This document shows positions 39,745-51,100 of a DNA stretch of 64,000 nucleotides, in pieces. The notes under the pieces were generated by a model. The model was not told where the DNA came from, ran no database searches, and saw nothing but the letters and a program-made list of their open reading frames with translations. Position numbers and translations under genes: made by a program. Location: assembly GCA_965228735.1 (NCBI GenBank), contig OZ245838.1:4992001-5056000 (forward strand). The letters are read 5' to 3'. How positions within the stretch are numbered: position 1 is the first letter of the stretch; each line of letters opens with the position of its first letter. The stretch comes from Planctomycetota bacterium (GTDB taxonomy: Bacteria > Planctomycetota > UBA1135 > UBA2386).

Positions 39745-39861
39745 GTCCGCCGTCGACTATCCGGCGACGACGAGATCGAGGCCGGCGGTCAGCGTGATAC
39801 GCGAGTCGCGCATCCTGGAATTCATGTAGCAGCGTCGACGCTCTCGACGTTGAAGCGCTGA

Positions 39862-42800
39862 ATGCCACGCCGGGATCGCAATGACACAAGCCGGCGACCG
39901 ACCCCGGGCAGCGAGCCCGCGGACGTCGAGGCGACGTTCGCGCGCTATCAGCGCACCGGCGCGCCCGATGCGCTCGGCGCCGTGTTCGACGCGACTGCGG
40001 GCGAACTGTTTCGGGTCGCGAGCCATCTCGCCCCCGACCTTCACGCTGCCGAGGACCTCGTGCAGGCGACGTTCCTCGCGGCGATCGAGCGGCGCGATCG
40101 CTATCGGCCCGAGGGTGCAGGCGTGCTCGCATGGTTGCTCGGGATCCTGGCCAACCGCGCGCGGCGGCTGCACGCGCAGCGCGTTCCGGATCCGGCGCGG
40201 GTAGATTCGCGGCGGGCGCCGGATGATCCGGCGGCGATCGCGGCAGGTCGCGAGATCGATGACCATCTGACGCGCGCCGTCGAGGGGCTGCACGAGCCGT
40301 ACCGGGTCGTGCTGCGCATGCACTTGCGGCACGGCTTGCCGGCCAACGAGATCGCGCTGCTTCTGGAGCGGCCGCCGGGAACGGTCCGCACGCAGCTCGT
40401 TCGGGGCATGGAGCTGCTTCGCCGCGCGCTGCCGGCGGGCATCGCGGTCGGAGCGGCGTTCGTTGCCACCCCACTGCGTGGCATGCAGGCGATTCGAGAG
40501 GTCGTGAGTGACGCAGCTCGAGCCGCTGTCGGGTCGACAGCAGGTGGCGTCGCCGCAGGCGCCGGAGCCCTGGCGCTCGGAGGAGTGATCATGCAGAAGG
40601 TCGTGCTGAGTGCCGTCGTGGCCGCGGCAGTTCTCCTCGGTTGGGTGTTCTGGCCCGACGATGGCAATGATGCTGGCGCGCACCCTGGCCTGATCGCCGG
40701 TCGCGCCTCCGAAGCGATCGCTGCGAACCGTCACGACCGTGCTGCTCGGTCGCCGACTGCGCCCGACGTTCGCGATCCGGTCCGCGAGAGTGCCGACTCC
40801 GTCGCGAATGCAGGTAAGGCCGCGTTGATCGGCCGTGGCCTCGCACGTGTATCCGGCCGGCTCCTCGACCGCACGGACCGCCGCCCGCTCGCCGGCGTGC
40901 CCCTCCGCCTCGTGCGGCTCAACCAACTCGGGCTCGAGAACGCGGGTCGCGCGCAGTCCGACGAACGGGTGAGGCAGCACCGCGTCAGTGATGCCGAGGG
41001 TCGGTTCGTGTTCGACGTCGCTGTCGATCCCCGCTGGTTTCAGCGGTTGACCGTGTCGGCCGCCGAGCACGCCGAGATCCGAATGACGATCGTGCCGCCG
41101 GAGCCGGGCGCCGTCGAGCTCGGTGACGTGCTCGTTCCCAGGCTCACGGACATCACAGGTCGTGTGATCGACGCGACGGGGCGAGCCGTTGGCGGGGCCC
41201 GCGTGTTCTTCGAACCTGCCGAAGAGGAGATGGACAACCAGCGGCCCGCGTACGGCTTCGTGTTCAACTGCATGTGCGACGCCCAAGGTGAGTTCAAGGC
41301 CCCGGAGCGCTACGCCGCAGCGCCATGGCGGGTCGAAGTGCGGCGCTGTGGCATGCCGACGACGAGTCGGTTCGATCTCGCCGATCCGACCACCACACTG
41401 CCGCTGCGGATCGTCGTGCCAGCCGCCGAGGACCTGCAGTTCATTGGCGGGACGGTTCGCGATGCGACGGGAGCACCGGTGGCCAACGCCGACGTGAGCC
41501 TGGTGCAGGAGGGGCTGAAGACCGTCTACACGGATCCCGACGGTCGGTTCCGCTGCGCACGGATGCGCGGCAAGGGGGCCGATGCGACCGACATGGTCGT
41601 GCGACACTCCAAGTTCGATGCCTGGCGCGGCCAGGTCGAGTGGGGCAATGAGGCGGTGGGCGTGGTTCTCGAGGGTCGCGCCCAGGGCGAGCTCGAGATC
41701 GAGGTCGTGCACGCCGCTACGGGTGAGCCCGTCGAGGAGTTCGGCGTCTACGTGCGCGGCGACCCTCTTCGTATGAAGGGAACGCAGAAGAAACGGCCGC
41801 GGCCAGGCCACCACGCGGACGGTCGGTTCCGGATCGGCGGCCTGCGCCAGGGGGCGCACCTGGTCCAGGTCGTGCCGGCTGACGACACGATGGCCGCATC
41901 GGCCGTACACGAGGTGAGCGTGACGGGTGATGCGAGGCTGCGCGTCGAACTGCATCCGAACACGCCACGCTCGATCGTTATCGTTCACGGTGCCGGCGCG
42001 CCCGTCGTCGGCTCGCGCGTCACCTGGATCGCGGCCGTTCGCGATGTGCCGCTGCGCCCCGAGACTCGAGTTACCGCCAGCCTGGACCTCTTGACCTCGT
42101 CGGTCAGCTCGAGACCGGGGCACCTCGAGACGTGGTCGGAAGCGCTGCTGCTGCAGCGTGCGGAGACCGACGAGCGTGGCACCGTGGTGTTGCGTGGCGG
42201 TCCGCATCCGCGCATGGCGTTGCACGTCGAAGGGCCCGATCACCTGCCGCTGTTCGTGGACGAGTTTGAATTCGATGCGGCAGGGCCAACGCGCGTCACG
42301 GTCCAGGCCGGCGCCAGCATCGCGGGTCGAGTCGAGCCGGCCCGGGTTGCAGAGGAGCTGCGGGCTGGAATGTGGTTGGTCGACGTCGATGACCCGATGC
42401 GGCAGATTCCGATGGCGAAGACCGCCTCGCTCGTCGAAGCGCAGCCGATCGCGGTCGACGGGACGTTCCGGTTTCCGCAAGTTCCGGCTGGTCGATGGCG
42501 ACTCCACCTGGCGTTCTCTCACTCGGGTCTTTCGCGCCTCGTGCCGTTGACGGCGGTCACGGTCGCGGCCCAGGGCGGCAGCCTCGACGTGGGGGCTGTG
42601 GACATCGAGCAGCTTCAGCCCGGCCGTTTGGGCGGTCGGATCCTCGTCGACGGCTCACCGTTGGCGAATGGTAGTCTCGAGATCCGGCCTGACGCGGGAA
42701 CGACGAAGGACGCCGTGCCGCTCAACCTGAACGGCCGTCCGACCATCCTGGGTGTTCGCGGGACCCAAGGATCGACCGATGCCCTCGGGCACTTCGAGAT

Positions 42801-43218
42801 CCCACTCGTCCGCGGCAGGTACGCGTTGCACGCGGTGATCCAGAAGGAGGACGGCTCAAGCGTGCGCCTGAAGGCACCGTGGGTCGAGATCACCCCGGGC
42901 GTCGCGCGCGACGAGGTGTTCGTGTTGCGTCACATCAGGCTGCGTGTTCGCGTCCTCGATTCGCGAGGCGAGCCCGTGGCGAAACGCCGTTGCTCGATCG
43001 AAGACTACGGCCGGCATCGAACCGACGCCGCCGGCTGGATCACACTCGACCCGGCACCGCTCGAGCCGTTCTTGCTGCGAGTCCAGCCGGCGCCGCCGCC
43101 CGGAGGCTGGCCGGACGTGTGGTCCGCGGCGCAGGCCACGCCGATCGTCTTGGGGCCCGTCGCCGTGCCCCTCGAGGATATCGCCGAAGTGACATTGCAG
43201 TTGTCCGGTCCGAAGTGA
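39862..43218 (+). CDS. ECF sigma factor fused via a TM to carboxypeptidase-regulatory-like repeats
   Basis: AEDLVQATFL, WLLGILANRAR, GTVRTQLVRG; Ala/Gly linker; TM; TD.DGRF repeats. Confidence 0.88.
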   Translation: MPRRDRNDTSRRPTPGSEPADVEATFARYQRTGAPDALGAVFDATAGELFRVASHLAPDLHAAEDLVQATFLAAIERRDRYRPEGAGVLAWLLGILANRARRLHAQRVPDPARVDSRRAPDDPAAIAAGREIDDHLTRAVEGLHEPYRVVLRMHLRHGLPANEIALLLERPPGTVRTQLVRGMELLRRALPAGIAVGAAFVATPLRGMQAIREVVSDAARAAVGSTAGGVAAGAGALALGGVIMQKVVLSAVVAAAVLLGWVFWPDDGNDAGAHPGLIAGRASEAIAANRHDRAARSPTAPDVRDPVRESADSVANAGKAALIGRGLARVSGRLLDRTDRRPLAGVPLRLVRLNQLGLENAGRAQSDERVRQHRVSDAEGRFVFDVAVDPRWFQRLTVSAAEHAEIRMTIVPPEPGAVELGDVLVPRLTDITGRVIDATGRAVGGARVFFEPAEEEMDNQRPAYGFVFNCMCDAQGEFKAPERYAAAPWRVEVRRCGMPTTSRFDLADPTTTLPLRIVVPAAEDLQFIGGTVRDATGAPVANADVSLVQEGLKTVYTDPDGRFRCARMRGKGADATDMVVRHSKFDAWRGQVEWGNEAVGVVLEGRAQGELEIEVVHAATGEPVEEFGVYVRGDPLRMKGTQKKRPRPGHHADGRFRIGGLRQGAHLVQVVPADDTMAASAVHEVSVTGDARLRVELHPNTPRSIVIVHGAGAPVVGSRVTWIAAVRDVPLRPETRVTASLDLLTSSVSSRPGHLETWSEALLLQRAETDERGTVVLRGGPHPRMALHVEGPDHLPLFVDEFEFDAAGPTRVTVQAGASIAGRVEPARVAEELRAGMWLVDVDDPMRQIPMAKTASLVEAQPIAVDGTFRFPQVPAGRWRLHLAFSHSGLSRLVPLTAVTVAAQGGSLDVGAVDIEQLQPGRLGGRILVDGSPLANGSLEIRPDAGTTKDAVPLNLNGRPTILGVRGTQGSTDALGHFEIPLVRGRYALHAVIQKEDGSSVRLKAPWVEITPGVARDEVFVLRHIRLRVRVLDSRGEPVAKRRCSIEDYGRHRTDAAGWITLDPAPLEPFLLRVQPAPPPGGWPDVWSAAQATPIVLGPVAVPLEDIAEVTLQLSGPK

Positions 43219-43272
43219 CCGATGCGAGCGCCGCCGCCACGGTCGGCCCCGGCCTTCGAACCGTCAGGCCAA

Positions 43273-43680
43273 CTAACCCGCCCAGGTGATCGTCACCTCG
43301 GACTCGATGTCCGGGTGCAGGCTCTTGTGCACGGGGCACGCGCGGGCCGCAGCTTCGAGCTTCTTCTTCTCGTCGTCGGTGAACGTGCCCTTGACCGTCA
43401 CGTTGACGGGCAGCTTGCCGATGCGGCGCGGGCTCTCGTTCATGTGCTTCTCGACCTCGACGCTCGCGCCCGAGAAGTCGATCTCGTTGCGCTTCGCGAC
43501 GATCGCCATCGTCGTCATGACGCACGTGCCGAGCGCGGTCGCGACGAGGTCGGTGGGGGAGAAGTAGCGGCCGAGGCCCATGTTGTCCTTGGGCGCGTCG
43601 GTCGAGAGCTGGTTGCCGGACGGGCCGTGCGTGGCTTCGCAGCAGAGGTCGCCTTGGTAGGTGGCGGTGATCTTGACCAT
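43273..43680 (-). CDS. OsmC family protein
   Basis: TDAPKDNMGLG..FSPTDLVATALGTC; ACPVHKSL. Confidence 0.92.
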   Translation of the reverse strand: MVKITATYQGDLCCEATHGPSGNQLSTDAPKDNMGLGRYFSPTDLVATALGTCVMTTMAIVAKRNEIDFSGASVEVEKHMNESPRRIGKLPVNVTVKGTFTDDEKKKLEAAARACPVHKSLHPDIESEVTITWAG

Positions 43681-43705
43681 GGTTGGTGGACTCGCGGTAT
43701 GAGGG

Positions 43706-44575
43706 TCAGGGTTTGGAGAGGAGTTCGTAGGCGCGCTGGATCTCGTGGAAGCGTTCGGTCGCTTCGCGCTGCGCCGCGTCGCCGAGGTGGCTGTGGCGGT
43801 CGGGGTGGAACTGCTTCACGAGTTCGCGGTGACGGCGGCGGATCTGTTCGGGTTTGGCAGTGCGCGGTAGACCGAGCGTCTCGTAGGCGAGCGCGCGTTC
43901 ATCGACGCTCGGTCTCGCGCCGGTGCCGTTCTGTCGATTGTTCGACCAGCGGGAGCCGCGCTGGCCCGGGTTCTGGAACTGCGCCTTCGCGAGATGGAAC
44001 AGCATCCGCGCGCGATACTTCGTGATGCCGAGGCCGCTCGCGACCTCCTGCAGCGCCGTGTGCTCCTCGGGCTTGAAGCGGCCGTCGGAGAACGCGACGA
44101 GGCAGCACCAGCAGAACAGCGTGTCGATCTCGGTGTCGTCGAGGCCGGTCGCGATGCGCGCCGCGAGGCCGCTGCGGTCGTTGACGGCGAACGGCTGCGC
44201 CTCCCACGCGCGGAACTCGCCCTGGTGCACCGGGTCGGCGAAGCGCGCGAGGACGAAGTGTCGCACCGCCTCGCGTTCCTTCTGGCTCATCGGGCCGTCG
44301 GCCTGCGCGACGGCGGCGAGCAGGTAGTAGATGCGGCGCGGCAGCGACGCGCGCAAGAACGTGCGGTTGGCGTCGTCGCCCCAGCGCCGGCGCGCGTGCA
44401 CCTCGCGCGTCAGCAGCCGGATCATCGGCCCGATCGAGTTCATCGCGAGGATGAAGCCGCCGATGCCGAGGATCACCGCGAGCGGCCCCGGCAGCCGACC
44501 GGTGCCCGCGATGACGATCAGCAGGGCGCCGATCGCACATCGGCCGTACCAGTATTGGGGCGAGGTGCGCAGCAT
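43706..44575 (-). CDS. DjlA-like co-chaperone (TM + TerB-like + C-terminal J domain)
   Basis: VAQADG / VAFSDG TerB-like motifs; AYETLGL...RELVKQFHPD..FHEIQRAYE. Confidence 0.88.
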   Translation of the reverse strand: MLRTSPQYWYGRCAIGALLIVIAGTGRLPGPLAVILGIGGFILAMNSIGPMIRLLTREVHARRRWGDDANRTFLRASLPRRIYYLLAAVAQADGPMSQKEREAVRHFVLARFADPVHQGEFRAWEAQPFAVNDRSGLAARIATGLDDTEIDTLFCWCCLVAFSDGRFKPEEHTALQEVASGLGITKYRARMLFHLAKAQFQNPGQRGSRWSNNRQNGTGARPSVDERALAYETLGLPRTAKPEQIRRRHRELVKQFHPDRHSHLGDAAQREATERFHEIQRAYELLSKP

Positions 44576-44626
44576 CGGGGGGCCGGGCAACGTAGCCCCC
44601 GGGCCACGTCGCCGCGACCGTCGAGG

Positions 44627-47600
44627 TCAGCGCGGCGCGATGACGACCGTGATCGCCCGTTCGTTTCCGATCCCGCGGCTCTGGGTGAGCGTCCCGACCT
44701 TCGGGTGCTGCACGCGGAACTCCCAGCTGCCGGGACCGAGGCGGCCGAGGTCGAACGTGCCGGGGCCGGTGCGTTCGACGAGCAGCATCGCGGGCAGCCA
44801 CGGACCGTCACTGATCCGGGCCGAGATCGTCGCGCCCTCGAGCGGTTGGCCGGTTCGATCGACGGCCTGCACCGTCGTCCGCGCGCCGCTCGTGAGCACG
44901 AGCGAGAACTGCACGGAACGTTCGGGGTCGAGGCGCAGCAGATCACTCGCGCCCGGCGAAAGACCCGGGGCGCGCGCCACGATGCGACCTTCGCCGCGCG
45001 GCAGGCCGCCGAACCAGGCGCGGCCGTCGGGGTCCGTCGTCGCGAGACCGAACGCCCCGAGGGGGTGACCGTCCGCATCGACGCACAGCGCCGTCGCGCC
45101 GGCGACGGGCGCGCCGGCCTCGTCCGTGATCGTCACGACGGCGCCCGCCGCCGGTTGCGACTGCAGTTCGATCGCGCGCGTCGTGCGCCCTGCCGCGACC
45201 TCGATGTTGCGCTCGCTCGCGGCGCCGTCGCGTTCGCCGTTGCCGCCGAGCATCTCGGCCGTGACGACGCCGTAGCGGCCGTCGAGCAGGCCGGAGAACA
45301 CGAACTCACCTTCGGTGTTCGTCAGCGCCATGCCGATCGGATCGTCCCGTTCGGCGGCGTCCTCGTGGATCAGCCGCACGAGCGCCATCGCGAGCGGGTC
45401 GCCCGACTCGGCATCGACCACGCGACCGCGCAGCTCGCCGCCGGGAAGTTCGATCCGGGTGCTGTGCTCCTGCTTTCCGGCCGGGAACTCGAGGTCCTGC
45501 GGGGCGCCGATCTGCGCCATCGTCATGCCGCTGCGGATCTGCACGCGGTAGGGGCCGGGCTCGACGTTGCTGAGGATCGCGCGACCCTCGAACAGGATGC
45601 CGACGCGGATCGAGCTGCCGTCGACCCGCGTCGCCTCGACGATGCCGGTCGACAGCGGCGCGTCGCCGACCGCGACGCGCACCGTCCAACGCGTGCCCGT
45701 GATCAGGTCCGCGGCGTCGAGCTCGACCTCGGAGGTCTCGCCGGCGCGCACGCGGCAGCGCTCGGACACGACGTTGCTCGTGATCTGCTCCATCATCGCG
45801 CCGATGTCGACGCCCTTGCCGGGTTGGAAGTCGTTCATCGTGCCGGCCGAGCTGAAGATGCCGGCCGGCATCGCCTGCACGATCCACGTGCCGGGGTCGA
45901 GGTTGCGCATCTCGAACTTGCCGTCCGGCGCAAGGTCCGCCGTCACGGACAGCTGCGACCGCTGCTCCTGCGCGATGACGACGTAGTCGGCTGGTCGGCC
46001 GCCGGGTCCGACGAGCAGCTGCCCGTCGATCGCACCGCCGTGGCCGAGCGCGATGTCGAGCCCGTCGCGGACCTCGCCGGCCTCGAGCTCGACGCGTTCG
46101 CTGCGCGCGCTCGCGAAGCCATCCGCACTCGCCACGAGCTGGATGCGACCCGGCGGCAGCGCTGCGAGCCGGAAGCGACCGTCGGGGTCGGTGCGCGCCT
46201 GTTCGCCCGCACCCGCGAACATCGCGAGCACGGGGTTGTCCATCATCGGCCCCTTGCGCTTGCGCACGAGCGCGCCGCGCACCGGGTTGCCGATCTCGTC
46301 GCGCACGATGCCGGTGACCGTCGCGCCGCGGTGCAGTTCGATCGTCCCGAGATCGACGTCGCCCGTGCCGGTGACCTCGAGGCTCTTGCTGCGCTTGCTG
46401 AAGCCCGTCGCCGCGATCTCGGCCGTGAGACTGCCGGGCGGCAGCCCGGTGAGCCGGAACGTGCCGTCCTCCGACGTCACGTTCTCGATGCGCACCGGCG
46501 TCTTCATCACGAGGAACGACGTCCGCACGATGCGAACCTCGAACCGATCGACCGGCGTGCCGTCCGTCGCGGTCACGACCGTGCCCGTCACGGCGCTGAG
46601 CTGCGGCAGCGTGATCTCGACGAGGTCGTCGCCCATCTCGATGCCCGATACGTGACCCGCGGCGTAGTCGTCGTGCGCGGCCACGACCGTGAACTCGTTG
46701 TCGTCGTCGAGCCCCGTGAGTCGAAACGTGCCGTCCGCGGCGGTCGTGATCCGACTACTGCTGGCGATCGCGGCGAGCATCGTCGGACCGAGCTGCGTCG
46801 TGAGGTCGCCGATCACGGGGATCTCGGCCATCGGCTGATGCGCGACGTGCGCGCCCTCGATGGGCTCGCCCCGTTCGTTGCGCACGATGCCGGTCACGAC
46901 ACCGCCTTCCCCGAGCGTGAGTTCGACCACGTTCTCTGCCGGCGCTGCGCGCAGCATGCGCGTCTCCGACGCGCCGAGATACCCGCTCGCGCTCACCTCG
47001 ATCTCGACCTGCCCGGGCACGAGACTGTCGATCGTGCAGCGACCGTCCGCATCGGTGTCCTCGTGACGCGCGTGGATCTGCGGGATCATCGAACTCTTCG
47101 CCGCGGCCGGCGTCACGAGCACGGTCACATCCTCGATCGGCTGATCCGCGGGGTCGCGCACCGTGACGTCGAGCAGCGCGGCGGCGCGCACGCTGAGTGC
47201 GACCTCGCGAGTCTCACCCGGCACGAGCGGCGCCTGGTCGATGCGGCCGTAGGTGCCGCTGCCGCGAACGGTGAGTCCGATCGGCGCGCCCGGCACGACG
47301 CCGCGGAAGACGAACCCGTTCTCGGGCGTCGGCGTCGCGCGGCGGCGGTTGCTGGCGAGCGCGCCGAAGAACAGCCGTGGATCGCGCATCACCGACATCG
47401 GGTCGGGTTCGAGCGACAGCCGCACGGTCTCGACGGCGTCCGCGCGCTCGCCGAACAGGCGGCCGCGGATGCACGCGCCGAGCGCCGGCGCGAGCACGAC
47501 GTGCGCGGGATCGTCGACCTCGGCGTGCACGATCTCGGGCGTCGGCAGCAGGTAGAAGTCGTGTTCGAGCATCAGCCGCAGGTGCGGCTCGGGCGCGTGC

Positions 47601-48043
47601 AGTTCGAAGTGCCCGCTCGAGTCGACGGGCGCGCGCGCGATCGGGTCGCCCTTCACGATGAACGCGGGCGGCGCGCCGCCGTTCCGCCGATCCATCGAGG
47701 GCATCATCATCCCGGCCGAGTCGCTCGCCGAGCCGCGGTAGGCCAGCACGTGCGCGTCGGACAGATCGGGGCGCGCCGGGTCCGCGAGCACGAGGCCCTC
47801 GACGACGTAGTCGGGGCCGTCGACCGTCGGCTCCGCCGCGACGCGATCGACGCCGCTCCCGCTCGCGTTCACGGCGCCGGCTGCCGGCGTCGCGACACCG
47901 CCAGAACCGGCGCTGACATCGTGGCTTGGGTTCTGCTGGTTCGGACCGTCGGCGGGTGCCGGAGCACCGTCCTGGAAGTACAGCCAGAGACCGATCGCCG
48001 TGGCCAGCACGACGACGAGCCCCAGCGCGAGGGAGCGTGGCAT
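44627..48043 (-). CDS. Membrane-anchored carboxypeptidase-regulatory-like repeat protein
   Basis: N-terminal TM; repeated G.VRDE.G.PV.GA.V / TD.DG.F units. Confidence 0.82.
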   Translation of the reverse strand: MPRSLALGLVVVLATAIGLWLYFQDGAPAPADGPNQQNPSHDVSAGSGGVATPAAGAVNASGSGVDRVAAEPTVDGPDYVVEGLVLADPARPDLSDAHVLAYRGSASDSAGMMMPSMDRRNGGAPPAFIVKGDPIARAPVDSSGHFELHAPEPHLRLMLEHDFYLLPTPEIVHAEVDDPAHVVLAPALGACIRGRLFGERADAVETVRLSLEPDPMSVMRDPRLFFGALASNRRRATPTPENGFVFRGVVPGAPIGLTVRGSGTYGRIDQAPLVPGETREVALSVRAAALLDVTVRDPADQPIEDVTVLVTPAAAKSSMIPQIHARHEDTDADGRCTIDSLVPGQVEIEVSASGYLGASETRMLRAAPAENVVELTLGEGGVVTGIVRNERGEPIEGAHVAHQPMAEIPVIGDLTTQLGPTMLAAIASSSRITTAADGTFRLTGLDDDNEFTVVAAHDDYAAGHVSGIEMGDDLVEITLPQLSAVTGTVVTATDGTPVDRFEVRIVRTSFLVMKTPVRIENVTSEDGTFRLTGLPPGSLTAEIAATGFSKRSKSLEVTGTGDVDLGTIELHRGATVTGIVRDEIGNPVRGALVRKRKGPMMDNPVLAMFAGAGEQARTDPDGRFRLAALPPGRIQLVASADGFASARSERVELEAGEVRDGLDIALGHGGAIDGQLLVGPGGRPADYVVIAQEQRSQLSVTADLAPDGKFEMRNLDPGTWIVQAMPAGIFSSAGTMNDFQPGKGVDIGAMMEQITSNVVSERCRVRAGETSEVELDAADLITGTRWTVRVAVGDAPLSTGIVEATRVDGSSIRVGILFEGRAILSNVEPGPYRVQIRSGMTMAQIGAPQDLEFPAGKQEHSTRIELPGGELRGRVVDAESGDPLAMALVRLIHEDAAERDDPIGMALTNTEGEFVFSGLLDGRYGVVTAEMLGGNGERDGAASERNIEVAAGRTTRAIELQSQPAAGAVVTITDEAGAPVAGATALCVDADGHPLGAFGLATTDPDGRAWFGGLPRGEGRIVARAPGLSPGASDLLRLDPERSVQFSLVLTSGARTTVQAVDRTGQPLEGATISARISDGPWLPAMLLVERTGPGTFDLGRLGPGSWEFRVQHPKVGTLTQSRGIGNERAITVVIAPR

Positions 48044-48155
48044 GCTCGGTGGTGGCCGAACCGGCGCGCGGATCGTCGTACGGAGTTGGGCGCATTTGCC
48101 GCGATCTCGACAATCGTGCAACGCCGTGGCCGGCGCGGCACAGAAGGCCTGGACC

Positions 48156-51100
48156 ATGACCCGCGAACGCGAGAACCGCCTGTTCGAACGCTTCCGTCGG
48201 CGCGACGACGCGCGGGCGCTGGGCCGATTGTTCGACCTCACGGCGCGTGAGCTCTACCGCGTCGCGAGTCACCTCGTGCGCGATCGGCAGGAGGCGGAGG
48301 ACCTCGTGCAGACGACGTTCCTCGTCGCGATCGAGAGTCGCGCGTCGTTCCACGGGGACGCCGATGTGTTGCCGTGGCTGCTCGGCATTCTGGCGAACCG
48401 CGCGCGTGACCTGCGGAAGCGGGCGAGTCGGCGGCAGGCGCGACCGCTGTCGTCGATCGTCGACGAATCCGCGTCGCAGCCCGAAGACGAGAACGCGACC
48501 GACCCGGTTGCGCGCGCCGCGGACGGCGAGCTCGCCGCCGCGACGAAGGTCGCGGTTCGTTCGATGCCCGAACCGTACCGCCACGTGCTCCTGCTCCATC
48601 TCGAGCACGGCCTGTCGGGCCAGGAGATCGGCGAAGCGCACGACCGGCAGCCCGCGACCGTGCGCAGTCAGATCCACCGCGGCCTCGAGATGCTGCGGCG
48701 CGTGTTGCCGCGCGGGTTCGGGGCGGCGGGTGCGGGCGTGTTCGTCGGGGCCGCGTTGGGGCGGACGGCGAAGGCGGAGATGAAGCGGCGCGTGCTCTCG
48801 GCAGCGCGGTCGCACGTGCCGGTCGCCGCCGGCGTGACGGGAGTGGTGCTGGCCATGAAGAAGACGATTGCGCTGATCGCGGTTGCCGCAGTGGTGGCGG
48901 TCGCGGTCGTTCTCGAACCGTGGGCCGATCGTGCGGCCGGAGTCGTCGAGTCGCCGGGTGCGGCGAACGTGCAGGCCGCGACGGTCGACGATCGTGTGGA
49001 GCCGGCGGACGACACGGGGGTAGTCGCCGCGCCGCGGGTGACGCCGAAGCGTGAGTCCGTCGCGATCGATGGTGCCGGGGCGCCGTCGACGCTCCGCGTG
49101 CGCGTGAGCTGGAGCGACAACGAACCTGCCAACGCCGTGACCGTGCGGATGCGCGCTGCCGGCCCCGACGGTCAGCGGGCCGAACGGCGGGCGGTGACCG
49201 ACGCGCTCGGAGTTGCCGAGTTCGTTGCGGTGTCGCCCGGTGAGTACGTCGTGAGCGGGGATCGCGGCGGCAGCGCCGCGGTCGAAGTGCTCGCGCAGAG
49301 CGAGGCCAATGCGGAGCTCGTGATCCCGGAAGGAGTCGACGTTCGCGGCATCGTGAAGGATGCGGATCGTGTTCCGGTTGCAGGTGCGAGCATCTGGCTG
49401 TCGCCGACGGTCGATTCCCTTTCGGACGGGATTCGCGGCCTCGCAGTGACGGCGGCCGATGGGCGGTTCGAAGTGCGCGATGTCGAACGGGCGCGGCTGA
49501 TCTCGGCCACGAAGGAAGGTGAGGGAGCGGCAGTTGCGCAGCGCGTCGGTGGGGTGGTTGGCGGCGTGGTCGAGCTCGAGTTCGAGCTCCTTGGCGCCGG
49601 ACCCGGTGTGCTCGAGGGTGTCGTGCTCGACCCCGCTGGCAACCCGTTGCCGTGGGCGCTCGTGCAGTACGGCTACGACCACCCGAGCCGCCGTTCGCCG
49701 GAGCCACGCTCCACACCGGTGAACGACACCAGGACCGACGCGGACGGGCGCTTCCGCCTCGCCGGGCTGATGGCTGGACCGCCCGGTGCGCACGTGTTCG
49801 TCATGGGCGAAGGCGCGGCGGTGTGGCTCGACCGGGTGCCGATTCCGGCCTCGCGCGGTCGCCGGTTCATCACCATTCGACTGCAGCGCGGCGCGACGTT
49901 GCGAGGAACCGCGCGACGGATGGACGGGGAACCGGTTCCGGCGACGGTCCGCGTCTACTGGGACGATATCGAACCACGTGAAGGTTACACGTACAACGGA
50001 CCGACCTGGGCACGGTCGGAGGGTGTTGCGGTGGCAGACGGCAGCTTCGAAATCCGCAACCTGCGGCCCGGTCCGGCATTGATCCGCGCGGAGCGAAAGG
50101 AGGATGAACTCGCGATCGAGCAGATGGAGTTCGTTGCTGGAGAGGTTCGGCGCTGGGACCCACGACTCGGTTCGGGCCTCACGATCTCGGGTCGCGTGGT
50201 CGACGAAGAAGGGCGCGGTCTCCCTGACTACCTGGTGTCCGCAAGTGCAGCGAAAGCTGTAACGCGGGTACTGCCGAGCAGGACGAACGCAGCGGGTGAG
50301 TTCACGATCGAGCGCGTGTTCGCGGTTGACTACTCACTGCGCGCTAACGACAGCCGAGGCGGGATGAACGCCTTTGGTGTCGAGGCGGTCGCCAGGCCGG
50401 GGAAACCGATTCGTCTGGTCGTCCCGGCGGAGAGGATCGCAAATGCCAGGATCACGGGTCGGGTGCTCGGGCCCGATGGTCAGCCCGTGTCGAGTCTGAG
50501 CGTGACGGTGTCGCGACTCGGGAGGGACGGCAGGGTCGACACGAGTTCCATGCGCGCGAAAGCCGAGGCGAGGTTTCGATCCAAGCTGCTCTGGCCGGGC
50601 ACATATCGGGTCGACGCCTACTCCAAGGAGCATGGTCATCTCGATCTTGGACTGCACGACGTTGCGCCGAGCGAGGAGATCGACGTCGGTACGGGGCAAT
50701 ACGAACGACCAGGGGAACTCATCGTACGAGTTGTCGATGCCGACGGAGTCGCGATACGCGATGGCGTCGTGATTTATCGACGAGAAGGCCGAGGCTCGAC
50801 ACGCGGGCTGGTTCTCAGTTCCGGGGAGGCCCGAATGCGGGCGCAGCCAGGACGGGTTCGCGTCTCGACTCGCGGATTCCGCCTGACAGCGGCCTCCGTT
50901 GCCGTTGATGTACCTGCCGGTGGTCGAGGCATCGCACAGTTGGTCGTGCCACACGGATTCGAACGACGCGTGCAGTATCCGGCCGTACTGCACAAGAGCA
51001 CCGAACTGATCGTCGTGCTCCGCGACCAAAGCGGCAGGACTGTCAACATCGGCGGTGGACGATGGGACAACGTGGGGGAAGCGATGACGATGACCCGTCG

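Noticed and set aside
43994..48250. Very long ORFs antisense to real genes (e.g. 1418 aa here; also 31153..34002, 39757..42522, 28617..30701)
   Set aside because: Shadow ORFs expected in GC-rich DNA; Arg/Ala-rich, no motifs, opposite well-supported genes
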